Assembly (NCBI GenBank): GCA_031364365.1
Contig: JANLWE010000034.1
Coordinates: 49,869 to 113,868, forward strand
Direction of reading: 5' to 3'
Origin: Gammaproteobacteria bacterium
GTDB taxonomy: Bacteria > Pseudomonadota > Gammaproteobacteria > Steroidobacterales > Steroidobacteraceae
DNA length: 64,000 nucleotides
How positions within the stretch are numbered: position 1 is the stretch's first letter; the number at the start of each line of letters is the position of its first letter. Made by a program: the position numbers and the translations under genes. The notes below the pieces were generated by a model. The model searched no databases. It was not told where the DNA came from and saw nothing but the letters and a program-made list of their open reading frames with translations. Shown here one piece after another: positions 1 through 9,342 of the stretch.

Positions 1-265
1 CGATGCAGCTGATGCCGAGCAGGTTACCCTCGAGCCGGTCGAAATCCACGATGCGCGCCTCAGTGCCGGTCGCGGCGAAACTCGTCGCCGATGCAGCCTC
101 CTCGCCCTCCCCGAGGAGGACGACCGCGAATCCGGACTGCTCGCGCAGGCAGCGGCTCACCATGTCGAGGTAGCGCGGCTCGAAGATCCGAAGCGGCAGC
201 GGCCCGCCGGGAAACAGCACCGTGTTGAGCGGGAACAGTGAAAGTTCCCGGACTTCAGCGTTCAC
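1..265 (-). CDS. Lon N-terminal (LON substrate-binding) domain protein, 5' part only; continues beyond window start
   Basis: Minus-strand translation from GTG 265-263 gives MNAEVRELSLFPLNTVLFPGGPLPLRIFEPRYLDMVSRCL..., which carries the LFPL...IFEPRY signature of Lon N-domain proteins. The GTG overlaps the mpl stop (GTGA). It is absent from the ORF track because it has no stop in the window. Confidence 0.6.
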   Translation of the reverse strand, partial: MNAEVRELSLFPLNTVLFPGGPLPLRIFEPRYLDMVSRCLREQSGFAVVLLGEGEEAASATSFAATGTEARIVDFDRLEGNLLGISCI

Positions 266-1629
266 GCGGGCCGCGCCCGCAGCGCCGCGAGCAGGCGATC
301 GTGCAGGCCGCCGAATCCGCCGTTGCTCATGATCAGCACGCGATCCCCGGCCTGCAGTTCCGAGACCAGCGATTCGAGCAGTTCGGGCATCGTCCGCATC
401 ACCGCAGCCTTCGCGCCGAGCTCGGCGGCGACGCCGTCGAGATTCCAGTCGAGTCCCGCGGACTGGTAAAGCCAGACGCGGTCCGCGCCGTCGAGCGATT
501 CCGCGAGCTCGGCGCGATGGACGCCGAGGCGCATGGTGTTCGATCGCGGCTCGAGCACGGCGACGATGCGGCCCTGCTCCGGTTGACGTCGGACGCCGTC
601 GATCGTCATCGCAACGGCCGTCGGGTGATGCGCAAAATCGTCGTAAACGCGAATGCCCTGGACTTCGCCCCGCAGCTCGAGGCGCCGGCGCACGCCCGTG
701 AACCGGCCGAGCGCTTCGGCGGACCGCGATGGCGCAACGCCCATGCCGGACGCGCAGGCAATCGCCGCGAGGCCGTTCTCGACGTTGTGCATGCCGATCA
801 GCGGCCAGCGCACCAGACCGGCGGCCGCATCGCGATGCAGCACCTCGAACGCAGCGCCGTCGTTCGAAACGAGCCGGACGCGCCATTCTGCCGCGGCCTC
901 GCGCGCGAACTCCACCAGCGGCGTCCAGCAGCCCATCGCGAGCGTCGCCCGGAGCGTCGCATCGCCCGCGTTCCAGGTGATGCGGCCCAAGGCGGGCACT
1001 GTGCGCACGAGATGATGAAACTGGCGCTGGATCGAGGCCAGGTCGGGATAGATATCGGCGTGGTCGAACTCGAGGGTCGTCAGCAGCAAGTGGCGCGGCC
1101 GGTAGTGGACGAATTTCGCGCGCTTGTCGAAGAAGGCCGTGTCGTACTCATCGGCCTCGATCACGAAGGCACTGCCCTTCCCCGCGCGCGCCGATGCGCC
1201 GAAATTTGCCGGGATGCCGCCGATCAGGAAACCCGGCTCTAGACCCGCATCTTGCAGGATCCAGGCGAGCATCGAGGACGTCGTGGTCTTGCCGTGCGTG
1301 CCCGCGACGGCCGCGACCTCGCGGCCGCGCAACACGTTCTCCGCAAGCCACTGCGGCCCCGACGTAAACGGCAGCCCGCTGTCGAGCAGGCGTTCGATCA
1401 GCGGATTGCCGCGGCTCATCACGTTTCCGACCAGGACGATATCGGGCTTTAGGTCGAGCTGGGACGGATCGAAGCCGTCGATCAGGGCGATGCCCTGCGC
1501 TTCGAGCTGGGTGCTCATCGGCGGATAGACATTCGCGTCGGATCCCGTGACGCGATGGCCCGCAGCGCGCGCGAGCGCCGCGATCCCGCCCATGAATGTG
1601 CCGCAGATGCCGATGATGTGCAGGTGCAT
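262..1629 (-). CDS. mpl: UDP-N-acetylmuramate:L-alanyl-gamma-D-glutamyl-meso-diaminopimelate ligase (murein peptide ligase)
   Basis: Inside ORF 262..2277. The ATG at 1629 gives MHLHIIGICGTFMGGIAALA...GSDANVYPPMSTQLE...AGTHGKTTTSSMLAW, typical of the Mur-ligase/Mpl N-terminus and P-loop. Length is about 455 aa. The upstream part of the long ORF is Arg/Ala-rich with no recognisable domain. Confidence 0.9.
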   Translation of the reverse strand: MHLHIIGICGTFMGGIAALARAAGHRVTGSDANVYPPMSTQLEAQGIALIDGFDPSQLDLKPDIVLVGNVMSRGNPLIERLLDSGLPFTSGPQWLAENVLRGREVAAVAGTHGKTTTSSMLAWILQDAGLEPGFLIGGIPANFGASARAGKGSAFVIEADEYDTAFFDKRAKFVHYRPRHLLLTTLEFDHADIYPDLASIQRQFHHLVRTVPALGRITWNAGDATLRATLAMGCWTPLVEFAREAAAEWRVRLVSNDGAAFEVLHRDAAAGLVRWPLIGMHNVENGLAAIACASGMGVAPSRSAEALGRFTGVRRRLELRGEVQGIRVYDDFAHHPTAVAMTIDGVRRQPEQGRIVAVLEPRSNTMRLGVHRAELAESLDGADRVWLYQSAGLDWNLDGVAAELGAKAAVMRTMPELLESLVSELQAGDRVLIMSNGGFGGLHDRLLAALRARPA

Positions 1630-2141
1630 CAGGTCGCCACTGGAAACAGGCTCTGGGCAATCGCGAGGCTCGCCAGCGCCCAGGTGACCGCGATGGCGAA
1701 TCCCGTGACGAGGCCGGTATCGAGCGCGCACTTCAGGACGTAACCGACGATGAGCAGGTACCAGATTGTGATGACGGTTGAGCCCGCGTTGGTCAGGAGC
1801 CAGACCGCGTAGTTCGTCTTCGCCGGACCACGCATCAGGATCAGCACCGCCATCGCGGGCGCCAGCAGCAGATAAGTGCCGCATACGGCGCTGAGCGTCT
1901 GCGGCAAGCGATGACTGCGGCGGGTCAGCACAAGCAGCATCCAGAAGAATGCGAGTGTGAGTCCGAGGTCGACGGCGGTGCGCACGAGAATGCGCTCCGC
2001 CTGGTCCACCCAGGCGAGCACGGCGTTCGCGCTCGCATAGCCGAGCGCGAGGAGCGCCGACAGCAGGAACGACGCCGGCAATATGCCCGGGTCCTTGCGC
2101 AACAAGGCGATCTGGGCGAGCGAATGCGGCAATCGGGTCAT
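1629..2141 (-). CDS. integral membrane protein of unknown function (about 5 TM segments)
   Basis: ORF 1629..2207. The likely start is ATG 2141 (MTRLPHSLAQIALLRKDPG...). The sequence is hydrophobic throughout. Its TGA shares one nt with the mpl ATG (TGATG). Confidence 0.55.
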   Translation of the reverse strand: MTRLPHSLAQIALLRKDPGILPASFLLSALLALGYASANAVLAWVDQAERILVRTAVDLGLTLAFFWMLLVLTRRSHRLPQTLSAVCGTYLLLAPAMAVLILMRGPAKTNYAVWLLTNAGSTVITIWYLLIVGYVLKCALDTGLVTGFAIAVTWALASLAIAQSLFPVAT

Positions 2142-2179
2142 TCTGCCTTGGGGCTCGGAGGCGGCATACGCATAATAAG

Positions 2180-3301
2180 GTGGTGACGACCGCCGGCGAA
2201 ACTCCAATCCGCGATCCTGAACCGCTCGAGGCCCGCGTTTCCGCGTGGCCCGCGGACTCGGCGATCGCGCTCGACACCGAGTTCGTCCGCGAACGGACCT
2301 ACTACCCGAAGCTTTGCCTGATTCAGGTGGCAGCGGCCGGCGACGTGGCCTTGATCGATGCGCTTGCGATCGCGGATGGCGGCGCGCTGGTGGCGCCGCT
2401 CGTCGATCCGGGCCGCCTCAAGCTCCTGCACGCGGCGCGACAGGACATTGAAGCGCTGCTGCCCCTGACCGGCGCGCCGCTCGCACCGGTGTTCGACACG
2501 CAGCAGGCGGCCGCATTGCTCGGATTCCCCGCCCAGATCGGTTATGCGGATCTCGTGCGCCAGTTGTTGGGCGTCGAACTTGCGAAGGGTCATGCACGCA
2601 CCGACTGGACGCGCCGCCCGCTATCGCCGGATCAACTCGCCTATGCGGCCGACGACGTCCGCTACCTGCCCGCGCTTGCGCAGGCGCTCGAACAGCGGCT
2701 CGACGCGGCCGGTCGCCGCGCCTGGCTCGACGAGGAATCCGCGATGCTCCGCGATCTCTCCCTGTATCGCGTCGAGCCTGCTGATGCGTGGCGCAGGCTC
2801 AAGGGCCTGGAACGGCTTGATGCGGCGGGATTCGCGGTCGCGCGTGCACTTGCCGACTGGCGCGAGCGGCGCGCAATGGATCGCGACCTTCCGCGCGGCT
2901 GGGTACTGCCTGATGTCGCGATTTACGAGCTCGCCGAGACCCGGCCGCAGAATCGCGATGAGCTGTCGCGCCTTGCCGCTGTGCCGCGCGGAACCGCACA
3001 ACACGCGGCGGACGCGATTCTCGCCGCGATCGCGGACGCACGCGGCGAGGACGGCGTTCACGACGCCGGTGAAGGCGGACGCCCCGGACCGGAGCAGCTG
3101 CGCCGGCAGAAACTCCTGCAGAAGCAGCTCACGGCGCTCGCCAGCGAACTCGGCATCCAGCCGGAAGTGCTCGCGACGCGGCGCGAACTCGCGGCACTCG
3201 CCCGCGGCTCGCGCGAATCAATACTGCTGACAGGCTGGCGGCGAACGGTCGTCGGCGAGCCCTTGATTGCAGCTCTGCAGGAGGGGACAGTCCGCCTTTG
3301 A
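2180..3301 (+). CDS. rnd: ribonuclease D
   Basis: DEDD exonuclease motif region ...AIALDTEFVRERTYYPKLCLIQVAA...YAADDVRYL, followed by an HRDC-like C-terminus. Length 373 aa. Confidence 0.85.
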   Translation: MVTTAGETPIRDPEPLEARVSAWPADSAIALDTEFVRERTYYPKLCLIQVAAAGDVALIDALAIADGGALVAPLVDPGRLKLLHAARQDIEALLPLTGAPLAPVFDTQQAAALLGFPAQIGYADLVRQLLGVELAKGHARTDWTRRPLSPDQLAYAADDVRYLPALAQALEQRLDAAGRRAWLDEESAMLRDLSLYRVEPADAWRRLKGLERLDAAGFAVARALADWRERRAMDRDLPRGWVLPDVAIYELAETRPQNRDELSRLAAVPRGTAQHAADAILAAIADARGEDGVHDAGEGGRPGPEQLRRQKLLQKQLTALASELGIQPEVLATRRELAALARGSRESILLTGWRRTVVGEPLIAALQEGTVRL

Positions 3302-3342
3302 AGGTGAACGTCCCCTTCAGAAGGGGACGTTCACCTTCAAAG
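3296..3342. repeat. REP-like nested palindrome (perfect 22-bp inverted repeat, 3-nt loop); probable bidirectional terminator between rnd and adk
   Basis: CTTTGAAGGTGAACGTCCCCTT-cag-AAGGGGACGTTCACCTTCAAAG. The core GAAGGTGAACGTCCCCTTC recurs at 54083-54153. Confidence 0.8.
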
Positions 3343-3993
3343 GGGAAAGTCCCCGATCGCGCGCTCGAGGCGCGAATTCACCTCTTCAAGGCTGCCGTCC
3401 GCGTCGATGCGGCGCAGCAATCCCGTTTTCGCGTAATAGTCGATGAGCGGTTGCGTGCGTTCGCGATAGACCGCGAGCCGCTGACGCACCGTGTCTTCGT
3501 TGTCGTCGGGCCGCTGGAACTGGTCGTGCGGCCCGCCGTCCGTGCAGCGGTCGCCCGCGCGCGGCGGATTCGTCTCGAGGTGGAACACGCGGCCGCAGCG
3601 GCGACAGCTCCGGCGGCCCGCGACGCGCTTGCGCAGCACCTCGGGGTCGATGTCGAACAGCACGACCGCGTCGATCGGCTGCCCGAGCTCGCGCAGCAAT
3701 GCCGCGAGCCCGTCGGCCTGCACGATCGTGCGCGGGAATCCGTCGAGAATGAAGCCGCGCGCCGCGTCCGGGCGCGCAAGCCGCTCGCGGATGATGCCGA
3801 GCATGACGCGGTCATCAACGAGCTGTCCCGCATCCATGACGATCTTGGCGGCACGGCCGAGATCGGTTCCCGCGGCGACCGCCTCGCGCAGCAGATCGCC
3901 GGTCGATACCTGTGGCAAGCCGCAACGTGCCTGCAGGCGTTGCGCTTGCGTGCCCTTGCCCGATCCGGGCGCGCCCAGCAGAACCAGCCTCAT
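3337..3993 (-). CDS. adk: adenylate kinase
   Basis: MRLVLLGAPGSGKGTQAQRL...STGDLLR... P-loop, plus a CxxC...C lid region (RRSCRRCGRVFH). Confidence 0.95.
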   Translation of the reverse strand: MRLVLLGAPGSGKGTQAQRLQARCGLPQVSTGDLLREAVAAGTDLGRAAKIVMDAGQLVDDRVMLGIIRERLARPDAARGFILDGFPRTIVQADGLAALLRELGQPIDAVVLFDIDPEVLRKRVAGRRSCRRCGRVFHLETNPPRAGDRCTDGGPHDQFQRPDDNEDTVRQRLAVYRERTQPLIDYYAKTGLLRRIDADGSLEEVNSRLERAIGDFPL

Positions 3994-4131
3994 GACATTC
4001 GACTCCGCGGGTCCGGCGCCCGTCGAGGGGCGTACATCCTGCCCGCGGCTTCAAGTCGCGTCAAACCGCGCGAATCGGCTATGCTTCGCCCCCCACGGGG
4101 CGGTGTCGGCGCCCGAAAAACGGATTTCACG

Positions 4132-5418
4132 ATGGCTGCGCGCAGAAGCAGGAAACCAGGGCCGCGCAATGCGCTCTATGCGCAGTCGGGCGGCGTCACC
4201 TCCGTCATCAATGCCTCGGCCTGCGGCGTGATCGAAGCCTGCCGCAAGAATCGCAGCCGGATCGGCCGGCTTTACGCGGGACGCGACGGAATCGTCGGCG
4301 CCCTCACCGAGGACCTCATCGACACCAGCCTGGAGAGTGCAGCGACGATTCGCGCGCTCAGGCACACGCCCTCGGGTGCGTTCGGTTCCGCTCGTTACAA
4401 GTTAAAGGACCTCGAACGGGATCGCGCGAAGTACGAACGCTTGATCGAGGTCTTCCGCGCGCACGACATCGGCTATTTCTTCTACAACGGCGGCAACGAT
4501 TCGATGGACACGGCGCTGAAGCTGAGCCAGCTCGGCGCACAGAGCGGTTACCCGATTGCCTGCATCGGCATTCCGAAGACTGTGGATAACGACCTGCCCG
4601 TGACCGATTGCTGCCCAGGCTTCGGCTCGGTCGCAAAATACGTTGCCGTATCGACGCTCGAAGCTTCGCTCGACGTTGCTTCGATGGCGCGCACGTCGAC
4701 GCGCGTGTTCATCCTCGAAGTGATGGGACGCCATGCGGGCTGGATCGCAGCCGCGGGCGGCCTTGCCGCGCGCAAGGCCGGCGACCCGCCGCACCTGATC
4801 CTGTTCCCGGAAATTCCGTTCAATCGCGAAATCTTCCTGGCGCGCGTGAAGGATACCGTCGAACGGAAAGGCTACTGCGTCATCGTCGCCTCCGAAGGCA
4901 CGCGCGATGCGGAAGGCAAGTTCCTGGCCGACATGGGCACGCGCGACGCTTTCGGGCACGTGCAGCTCGGCGGCGTCGCGCCGACGCTCGCATCCATGGT
5001 CAAGCAGGCGCACGGCTACAAGTTCCACTGGGCGCTCGCCGACTATCTCCAGCGTTCCGCGCGCCATATCGCCTCGCGCGTGGACGTCGAACAGGCCTAC
5101 GCCGTCGGACGCGCGGCCGTGCAGCTCGCGCTCGCCGGCAAAAATGCGGTCATGCCGATCATCCGCCGGAAGTCCTCGAAGCCCTACCGCTGGGACATCG
5201 GATCGGTTGCGATCGAGGCGGTGGCCAATCGCGAAAAAATGGTGCCGCGCAATTTCATCACGGCGGACGGCTTCGGGATCACCGCAGCCGGCCGTCGTTA
5301 TCTCGAGCCGCTGATTGCCGGCGAGGACTATCCGCCTTACAAGAACGGCATACCCGCTTATGCAAGACTCAAAAACGCGCGCGTGCGGCGCCGGCTGTCG
5401 ACGACCTTCGTGATATGA
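4132..5418 (+). CDS. pfp: pyrophosphate-dependent 6-phosphofructokinase
   Basis: The start ATG 4132 lies inside ORF 3298..5418. PFK family protein with GGNDS (Asp where ATP-PFKs have Gly in GGDGS) and PKTVDND (Lys where ATP-PFKs have Gly), both known PPi-specificity markers. Confidence 0.85.
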   Translation: MAARRSRKPGPRNALYAQSGGVTSVINASACGVIEACRKNRSRIGRLYAGRDGIVGALTEDLIDTSLESAATIRALRHTPSGAFGSARYKLKDLERDRAKYERLIEVFRAHDIGYFFYNGGNDSMDTALKLSQLGAQSGYPIACIGIPKTVDNDLPVTDCCPGFGSVAKYVAVSTLEASLDVASMARTSTRVFILEVMGRHAGWIAAAGGLAARKAGDPPHLILFPEIPFNREIFLARVKDTVERKGYCVIVASEGTRDAEGKFLADMGTRDAFGHVQLGGVAPTLASMVKQAHGYKFHWALADYLQRSARHIASRVDVEQAYAVGRAAVQLALAGKNAVMPIIRRKSSKPYRWDIGSVAIEAVANREKMVPRNFITADGFGITAAGRRYLEPLIAGEDYPPYKNGIPAYARLKNARVRRRLSTTFVI

Positions 5419-5441
5419 TTTTTGTTTCCGGGGAGTAGTTC

Positions 5442-7478
5442 ATGTCCATGCAAAACGCACTCTGGCTCGCAATGCTGGCCGGCGTGGTCGCCATCGTGTA
5501 CGGCATCTTGATGTCGCGCTGGATCCTTGCGCAGCCCGCAGGCAACGCGCGGATGCAGGAAATTGCCGCTGCAATCCAGGCGGGTGCCAATGCCTACCTG
5601 AATCGCCAGTACACGACCATCGCCGTCGTCGGCGTCGTGTTATTCGTCGCGCTCGGCTTCGCGCTCGACTGGTACACGGCCGTCGGCTTCGCGTTCGGTG
5701 CCCTCCTCTCCGGCATGGCCGGCTACATCGGCATGAATGTCTCGGTGCGGGCAAACGTTCGCACTGCGCATGCCGCGAGCATCGGGCTCAATCCGGCGCT
5801 GCAGGTCGCGTTCCGCGGCGGCGCAATCACCGGCATGCTGGTCGTCGGCCTGGGGCTGCTCGGCGTCGCAGCCTACTACGGCGTGATGATGCGTCTTACG
5901 GGCGACAGCGACCACTCGCTGCATGCGCTCGTTGGCCTCGCCTTCGGCGGTTCGCTGATCTCGATATTTGCGCGTCTCGGCGGCGGCATCTTCACCAAAG
6001 GCGCGGACGTTGGCGCCGATCTCGTCGGCAAGGTCGAAGCCGGCATTCCGGAAGACGACCCGCGCAATCCCGCCGTGATCGCAGACAACGTCGGCGACAA
6101 CGTCGGCGACTGCGCCGGCATGGCCGCAGACCTCTTCGAGACCTACGCAGTCACCGTGGTCGCGACCATGCTGCTCGCGGGCTTGATGATGAAGGAACTC
6201 GGCGAAGCGGCCGTGCTCTACCCGCTCGTCCTCGGCGCCGTGTCGATCGGCGCCTCGATCGTCGGCACGTTCTTCGTCAGCGTGAAGGACGGCGGCAAGA
6301 TCATGGGCGCGCTGTATCGCGGCGTGATCGTCTCCGGCGTCATCGCGGCGATCGCCTACTACCCGATTACGCGCATGATGTTCGGTGCGGCGGCAATGCC
6401 ACTCTTCTACTGCGCACTGATCGGGCTCGGCCTGACGGCGGCGATGATCGTCATCACCGAGTACTACACGGCGACCGAGTACAAGCCGGTGCGCTATGTG
6501 GCCGAGGCCTCGCGCACGGGCCACGGCACCAACGTGATCGCGGGACTCGCGGTGTCGATGCGGTCGACCGCGCTGCCGGTGCTCTCGATCTGCGCCGCGA
6601 TCTGGGGCGCCTACTCGCTTGCCGGCCTGTACGGCATCGCAATCGCGGCGACCGCCATGCTGTCGATGACCGGCATGATCGTCGCACTCGACGCCTATGG
6701 CCCGATCACCGACAACGGCGGCGGCATCGCCGAGATGAGCGGCCTCCCGAAGGAAGTCCGCAAGATCACCGACGCGCTCGACGCGGTCGGCAACACGACC
6801 AAGGCGGTCACGAAAGGCTATGCCATCGGCTCGGCCGGACTCGCGGCGCTCGTGCTGTTCGCCGACTACACACACAACCTGGAAATCGCGGGCAAGCTCG
6901 AACTATTCAGCCTGTCCGATCCGGCGGTCATCATCGGTCTCTTTATCGGCGGCATGGTGCCCTTCCTCTTCGCCGCGATGGCGATGGAAGCCGTCGGCCG
7001 CGCGGCGGGCTCGGTCGTGATCGAGGTGCGGCGCCAGTTCAAGGAAATCAAGGGCATCATGGAAGGCACGGCAAAGCCCGATTATTCGCGCGCTGTCGAC
7101 ATGCTGACTCGCGCCGCGATCCGCGAAATGATCGTACCGTCACTTCTCCCGATCCTGATCCCGGTCGTGGTCGGCTTTGGCATGAACTTCCTGCTCGGCC
7201 CCGGCGCCGGCATCCGCGCGCTCGGCGGCGTGCTGATCGGTACGATCGTCACCGGCCTGTTCGTCGCGATCTCGATGTGCACCGGCGGTGGGGCTTGGGA
7301 TAATGCAAAGAAGTACATCGAGGAAGGCCACTTCGGCGGCAAGGGCTCGGACGCGCACAAGGCGGCCGTGACCGGTGACACCGTCGGCGATCCCTACAAG
7401 GACACCGCCGGCCCCGCGATCAATCCCTTGATCAAGATCATCAAGATCGTGGCGCTCTTGCTGGTGCCACTACTTTAA
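5442..7478 (+). CDS. hppA: K+-insensitive H+-translocating pyrophosphatase
   Basis: 678-aa polytopic protein with [12 protein letters not shown] motifs. The GNTTKA motif (Lys codon 6801-6803) marks the K+-independent class. Confidence 0.95.
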   Translation: MSMQNALWLAMLAGVVAIVYGILMSRWILAQPAGNARMQEIAAAIQAGANAYLNRQYTTIAVVGVVLFVALGFALDWYTAVGFAFGALLSGMAGYIGMNVSVRANVRTAHAASIGLNPALQVAFRGGAITGMLVVGLGLLGVAAYYGVMMRLTGDSDHSLHALVGLAFGGSLISIFARLGGGIFTKGADVGADLVGKVEAGIPEDDPRNPAVIADNVGDNVGDCAGMAADLFETYAVTVVATMLLAGLMMKELGEAAVLYPLVLGAVSIGASIVGTFFVSVKDGGKIMGALYRGVIVSGVIAAIAYYPITRMMFGAAAMPLFYCALIGLGLTAAMIVITEYYTATEYKPVRYVAEASRTGHGTNVIAGLAVSMRSTALPVLSICAAIWGAYSLAGLYGIAIAATAMLSMTGMIVALDAYGPITDNGGGIAEMSGLPKEVRKITDALDAVGNTTKAVTKGYAIGSAGLAALVLFADYTHNLEIAGKLELFSLSDPAVIIGLFIGGMVPFLFAAMAMEAVGRAAGSVVIEVRRQFKEIKGIMEGTAKPDYSRAVDMLTRAAIREMIVPSLLPILIPVVVGFGMNFLLGPGAGIRALGGVLIGTIVTGLFVAISMCTGGGAWDNAKKYIEEGHFGGKGSDAHKAAVTGDTVGDPYKDTAGPAINPLIKIIKIVALLLVPLL

Positions 7479-7558
7479 GAAGGGTCGCACCCAATTTCCG
7501 ATCCGCAAGGCCCCCGCATGGGGGCCTTGGCTTTTCCGGGGTGATCCGGCTCGATTTC
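7235..7558 (+). repeat. left copy of direct repeat (hppA last ~80 codons + terminator + 18 nt)
   Basis: Hand alignment to 12574-12870: about 93% identity in the coding part and a 27-nt indel after the stop. GTGATCCGGCTCGATTTC is shared at the distal end. Confidence 0.85.
7507..7536 (+). terminator. rho-independent terminator of hppA
   Basis: AAGGCCCCC-gcat-GGGGGCCTT stem-loop followed by ggCTTTTcc. Confidence 0.75.
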
Positions 7559-7676
7559 CGCGGCACCGTAAGACCCGACGAGGACTACCTTCAACTGATC
7601 TGCATCGCACGGCCAGACAAGGATGTCGGCCATCTTCGCACGCCCCTGCCAAACCACCGGCGCCAGCGCAGCGCGG

Positions 7677-7982
7677 GTTTACCGCCGTCGCCGTCCCGAG
7701 CGCACCGCGCTCTACCGACTGGTCCAGCAGCACCTCGAGATCTGGCTGGCACGTAGCCGGAACGCCGATCCAGACGGTGCTTCGATTCCGCGCCACGTCG
7801 AGCGCGAGCTGCGCGGCTACCTCGAGTGCGGGATCCTGGTCTGCGGCTTCGCCCGCGCCCCGCCCGAACTCGAGGCCGAACCGGTCGGCTCTCTCGGGTT
7901 CGCGTTCGATCAGTCCCCACCATGGGACCCGACCACGCCACCGACCGAGCCCGGCCTCTCCTTCGATCAGACACTCGCCTGA
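7677..7982 (+). pseudogene. IS91-family transposase remnant (N-terminal ~60 aa joined to a short C-terminal tail; catalytic core missing)
   Basis: ORF 7623..7982 contains YRRRRPERTALYRLVQQHLEIWLA...IPRHVERELRGYLECGILVCGFARA. This matches my recollection of the conserved N-terminus of IS91-type transposases, which normally continues into a Cys-rich zinc-binding region that is absent here. Confidence 0.5.
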
Positions 7983-8235
7983 TCGCCCGCCTCTCGGCGC
8001 CGCATCATTCCCGCAGCGCGGGTTCTCTCCCGCTGCGCTACTGCACCCGACGCGGCGAAATTCATGCGCCGATGATCGCTCCGATGCCCGCGCCGCCGCC
8101 TGCGTGGCCGCTCAAGGCAGTTGCGACCAGCGCTGCCGTCCCCCGGATCACCCCACACGGGTTCCCGACCGCCTACAGTTCGCGCTCAGTCCATGCGTCC
8201 GCGCACCCATCACTCAACGAAAAAAGGCCGTTTGA

Positions 8236-8556
8236 ATCTCCTATCCCTCTGGCGACACGGCCTACAGCGTCGAACTCGCCGCAGGCCAGGTGAAGAAGCA
8301 GGGCGACTGGCGATTCGGTTACGGCTATTCGGTCGCGGAAGTGGGTGCCATGCTCGCCGCGTTCTCGCAGGACAACACGACGATCGCAACCAACTATCTC
8401 CAGCACACGCTGTACGTGGACTACGCGCTGCTGGACAACCTTGTTCTCGACGCGACGCGATACCACTACCGGCCGTATGACGCGGCGTTCGCGGGCATGA
8501 ATGATCCGAACAACTGGCTGGATCGGCTGCGCGTGAATTTCCTGGTGAGTTTCTAG
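8236..8556 (+). pseudogene. outer-membrane beta-barrel (porin-like) C-terminal fragment
   Basis: The open frame from 8236 reads ...GDWRFGYGYSVAE...LRVNFLVSF-stop. It shows alternating beta-strand character and a terminal Phe, as in OMP C-termini. No signal peptide or N-terminal part is present. Confidence 0.45.
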
Positions 8557-8631
8557 GGCTGTTTATATCGCGGCGCGGTAAGCGCCCCAGATTCCACGAC
8601 CAAGGGCACAATCTTTGCTAGAGGAGTCCCC

Positions 8632-9030
8632 ATGAATCAATTAGAACCGTACCTGTTCTTCAACGGCAACTGCGCCGAGTCGATGCGCTTTTACGAAAAG
8701 ACGCTCGGCGGAAAGATCCAAATGATGATGAAGGCGTCGGAGGCGCCGGTCGGATCCGCAATGCCGAGCGCAAAGGCCGATGGCATCCTGCACGCCGCGA
8801 TCGCGGCGGAAAGCCAGCGCCTGCTGGCTTCCGACTGGATGGCGCCGGGTCCGTATCCCGGCATCCACGGCGTTTCGCTGTCGCTCGTCTACTCGAATGT
8901 CGAGGAGGCGAAGCGCAAGTTCGACGCGCTCGCTGCCGGCGGCCACGTGCAAATGCCGCTCGCCAAGACGTTCTGAGTCGAGTCCTTCGGCATGCTGAAG
9001 GACAAGTACGGGGTAGGGTGGTCTGGATAG
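8632..9030 (+). pseudogene. PhnB/YjdN-like (VOC superfamily) protein interrupted by in-frame TGA at a conserved Trp position
   Basis: MNQLEPYLFFNGNCAESMRFYEKTLGG...MPLAKTF-TGA-VESFGMLKDKYGVGW. E. coli PhnB, as I recall it, has ...QETFWAHGFGKVTDKFGVPWMIN at this point. Confidence 0.6.
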
Positions 9031-9071
9031 TGAACGGCGGCAAGCAGGCCACCTAGACGCGAAGGGGACCG

Positions 9072-9119
9072 CGAAGGGTATGCGCCCCTTCACGAATATG
9101 AAGGGGCGCATACCCTTCG
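9072..9119. repeat. perfect 21-bp inverted repeat with 6-nt loop; variant of the GAAGG...CCTTC palindrome family
   Basis: CGAAGGGTATGCGCCCCTTCA-cgaata-TGAAGGGGCGCATACCCTTCG. Each arm is itself GAAGGG-N7-CCCTTC. Confidence 0.8.
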
Positions 9120-9141
9120 AACAAGGTGGTGGACGGTTCAT

Positions 9142-9342
9142 CGCAGGTTCGAGTGGGCCCACGGCTACTCGCAGCGCTTCGGCATCGTGCACGTGGACAT
9201 CTTCATGACGAACCGCGGGCCCGCGCACTCGGGCGCCTTCTGGCACAATGACGACAAGAACAACGACAACCGGTCGTTGTCGGTCCGTCTGGTCGCCGCC
9301 ACGCAGATGCGGGAGATCGCGGTCGGCAGCGTGGATTCCTAA
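9142..9342 (+). pseudogene. GH1 beta-glucosidase C-terminal fragment fused to an unrelated tail
   Basis: The translation RRFEWAHGYSQRFGIVHVD matches the conserved (N)FEWAEGYSKRFG(I/L)V(Y/H)VD motif near GH1 C-termini. Nothing upstream is GH1-like. Confidence 0.4.

Noticed and set aside
238-1242. Long antisense or out-of-frame ORFs with Arg/Ala/Pro-rich translations. Examples: 238..1242 +, 3298..4131 +, 5640..6875 -, 12890..14515 +, 17737..19437 -, 27837..29162 +, 30714..31946 +, 44367..46574 +, 47429..48535 +, 48942..50054 +, 51769..53478 +, 54062..55351 -, 55379..56206 -, 60259..62112 -.
   Set aside because: They are typical shadow ORFs of a ~65% GC genome. Each overlaps a gene with clear family signatures on the other strand or in another frame, and none has motifs of its own.
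8974-8976. The in-frame TGA in the PhnB-like gene as selenocysteine or programmed read-through.
   Set aside because: Homologues have Trp here, not Cys or Sec. I noticed no SECIS-like hairpin directly downstream. The gene lies in a region full of decayed fragments, so a nonsense mutation is the simpler explanation.
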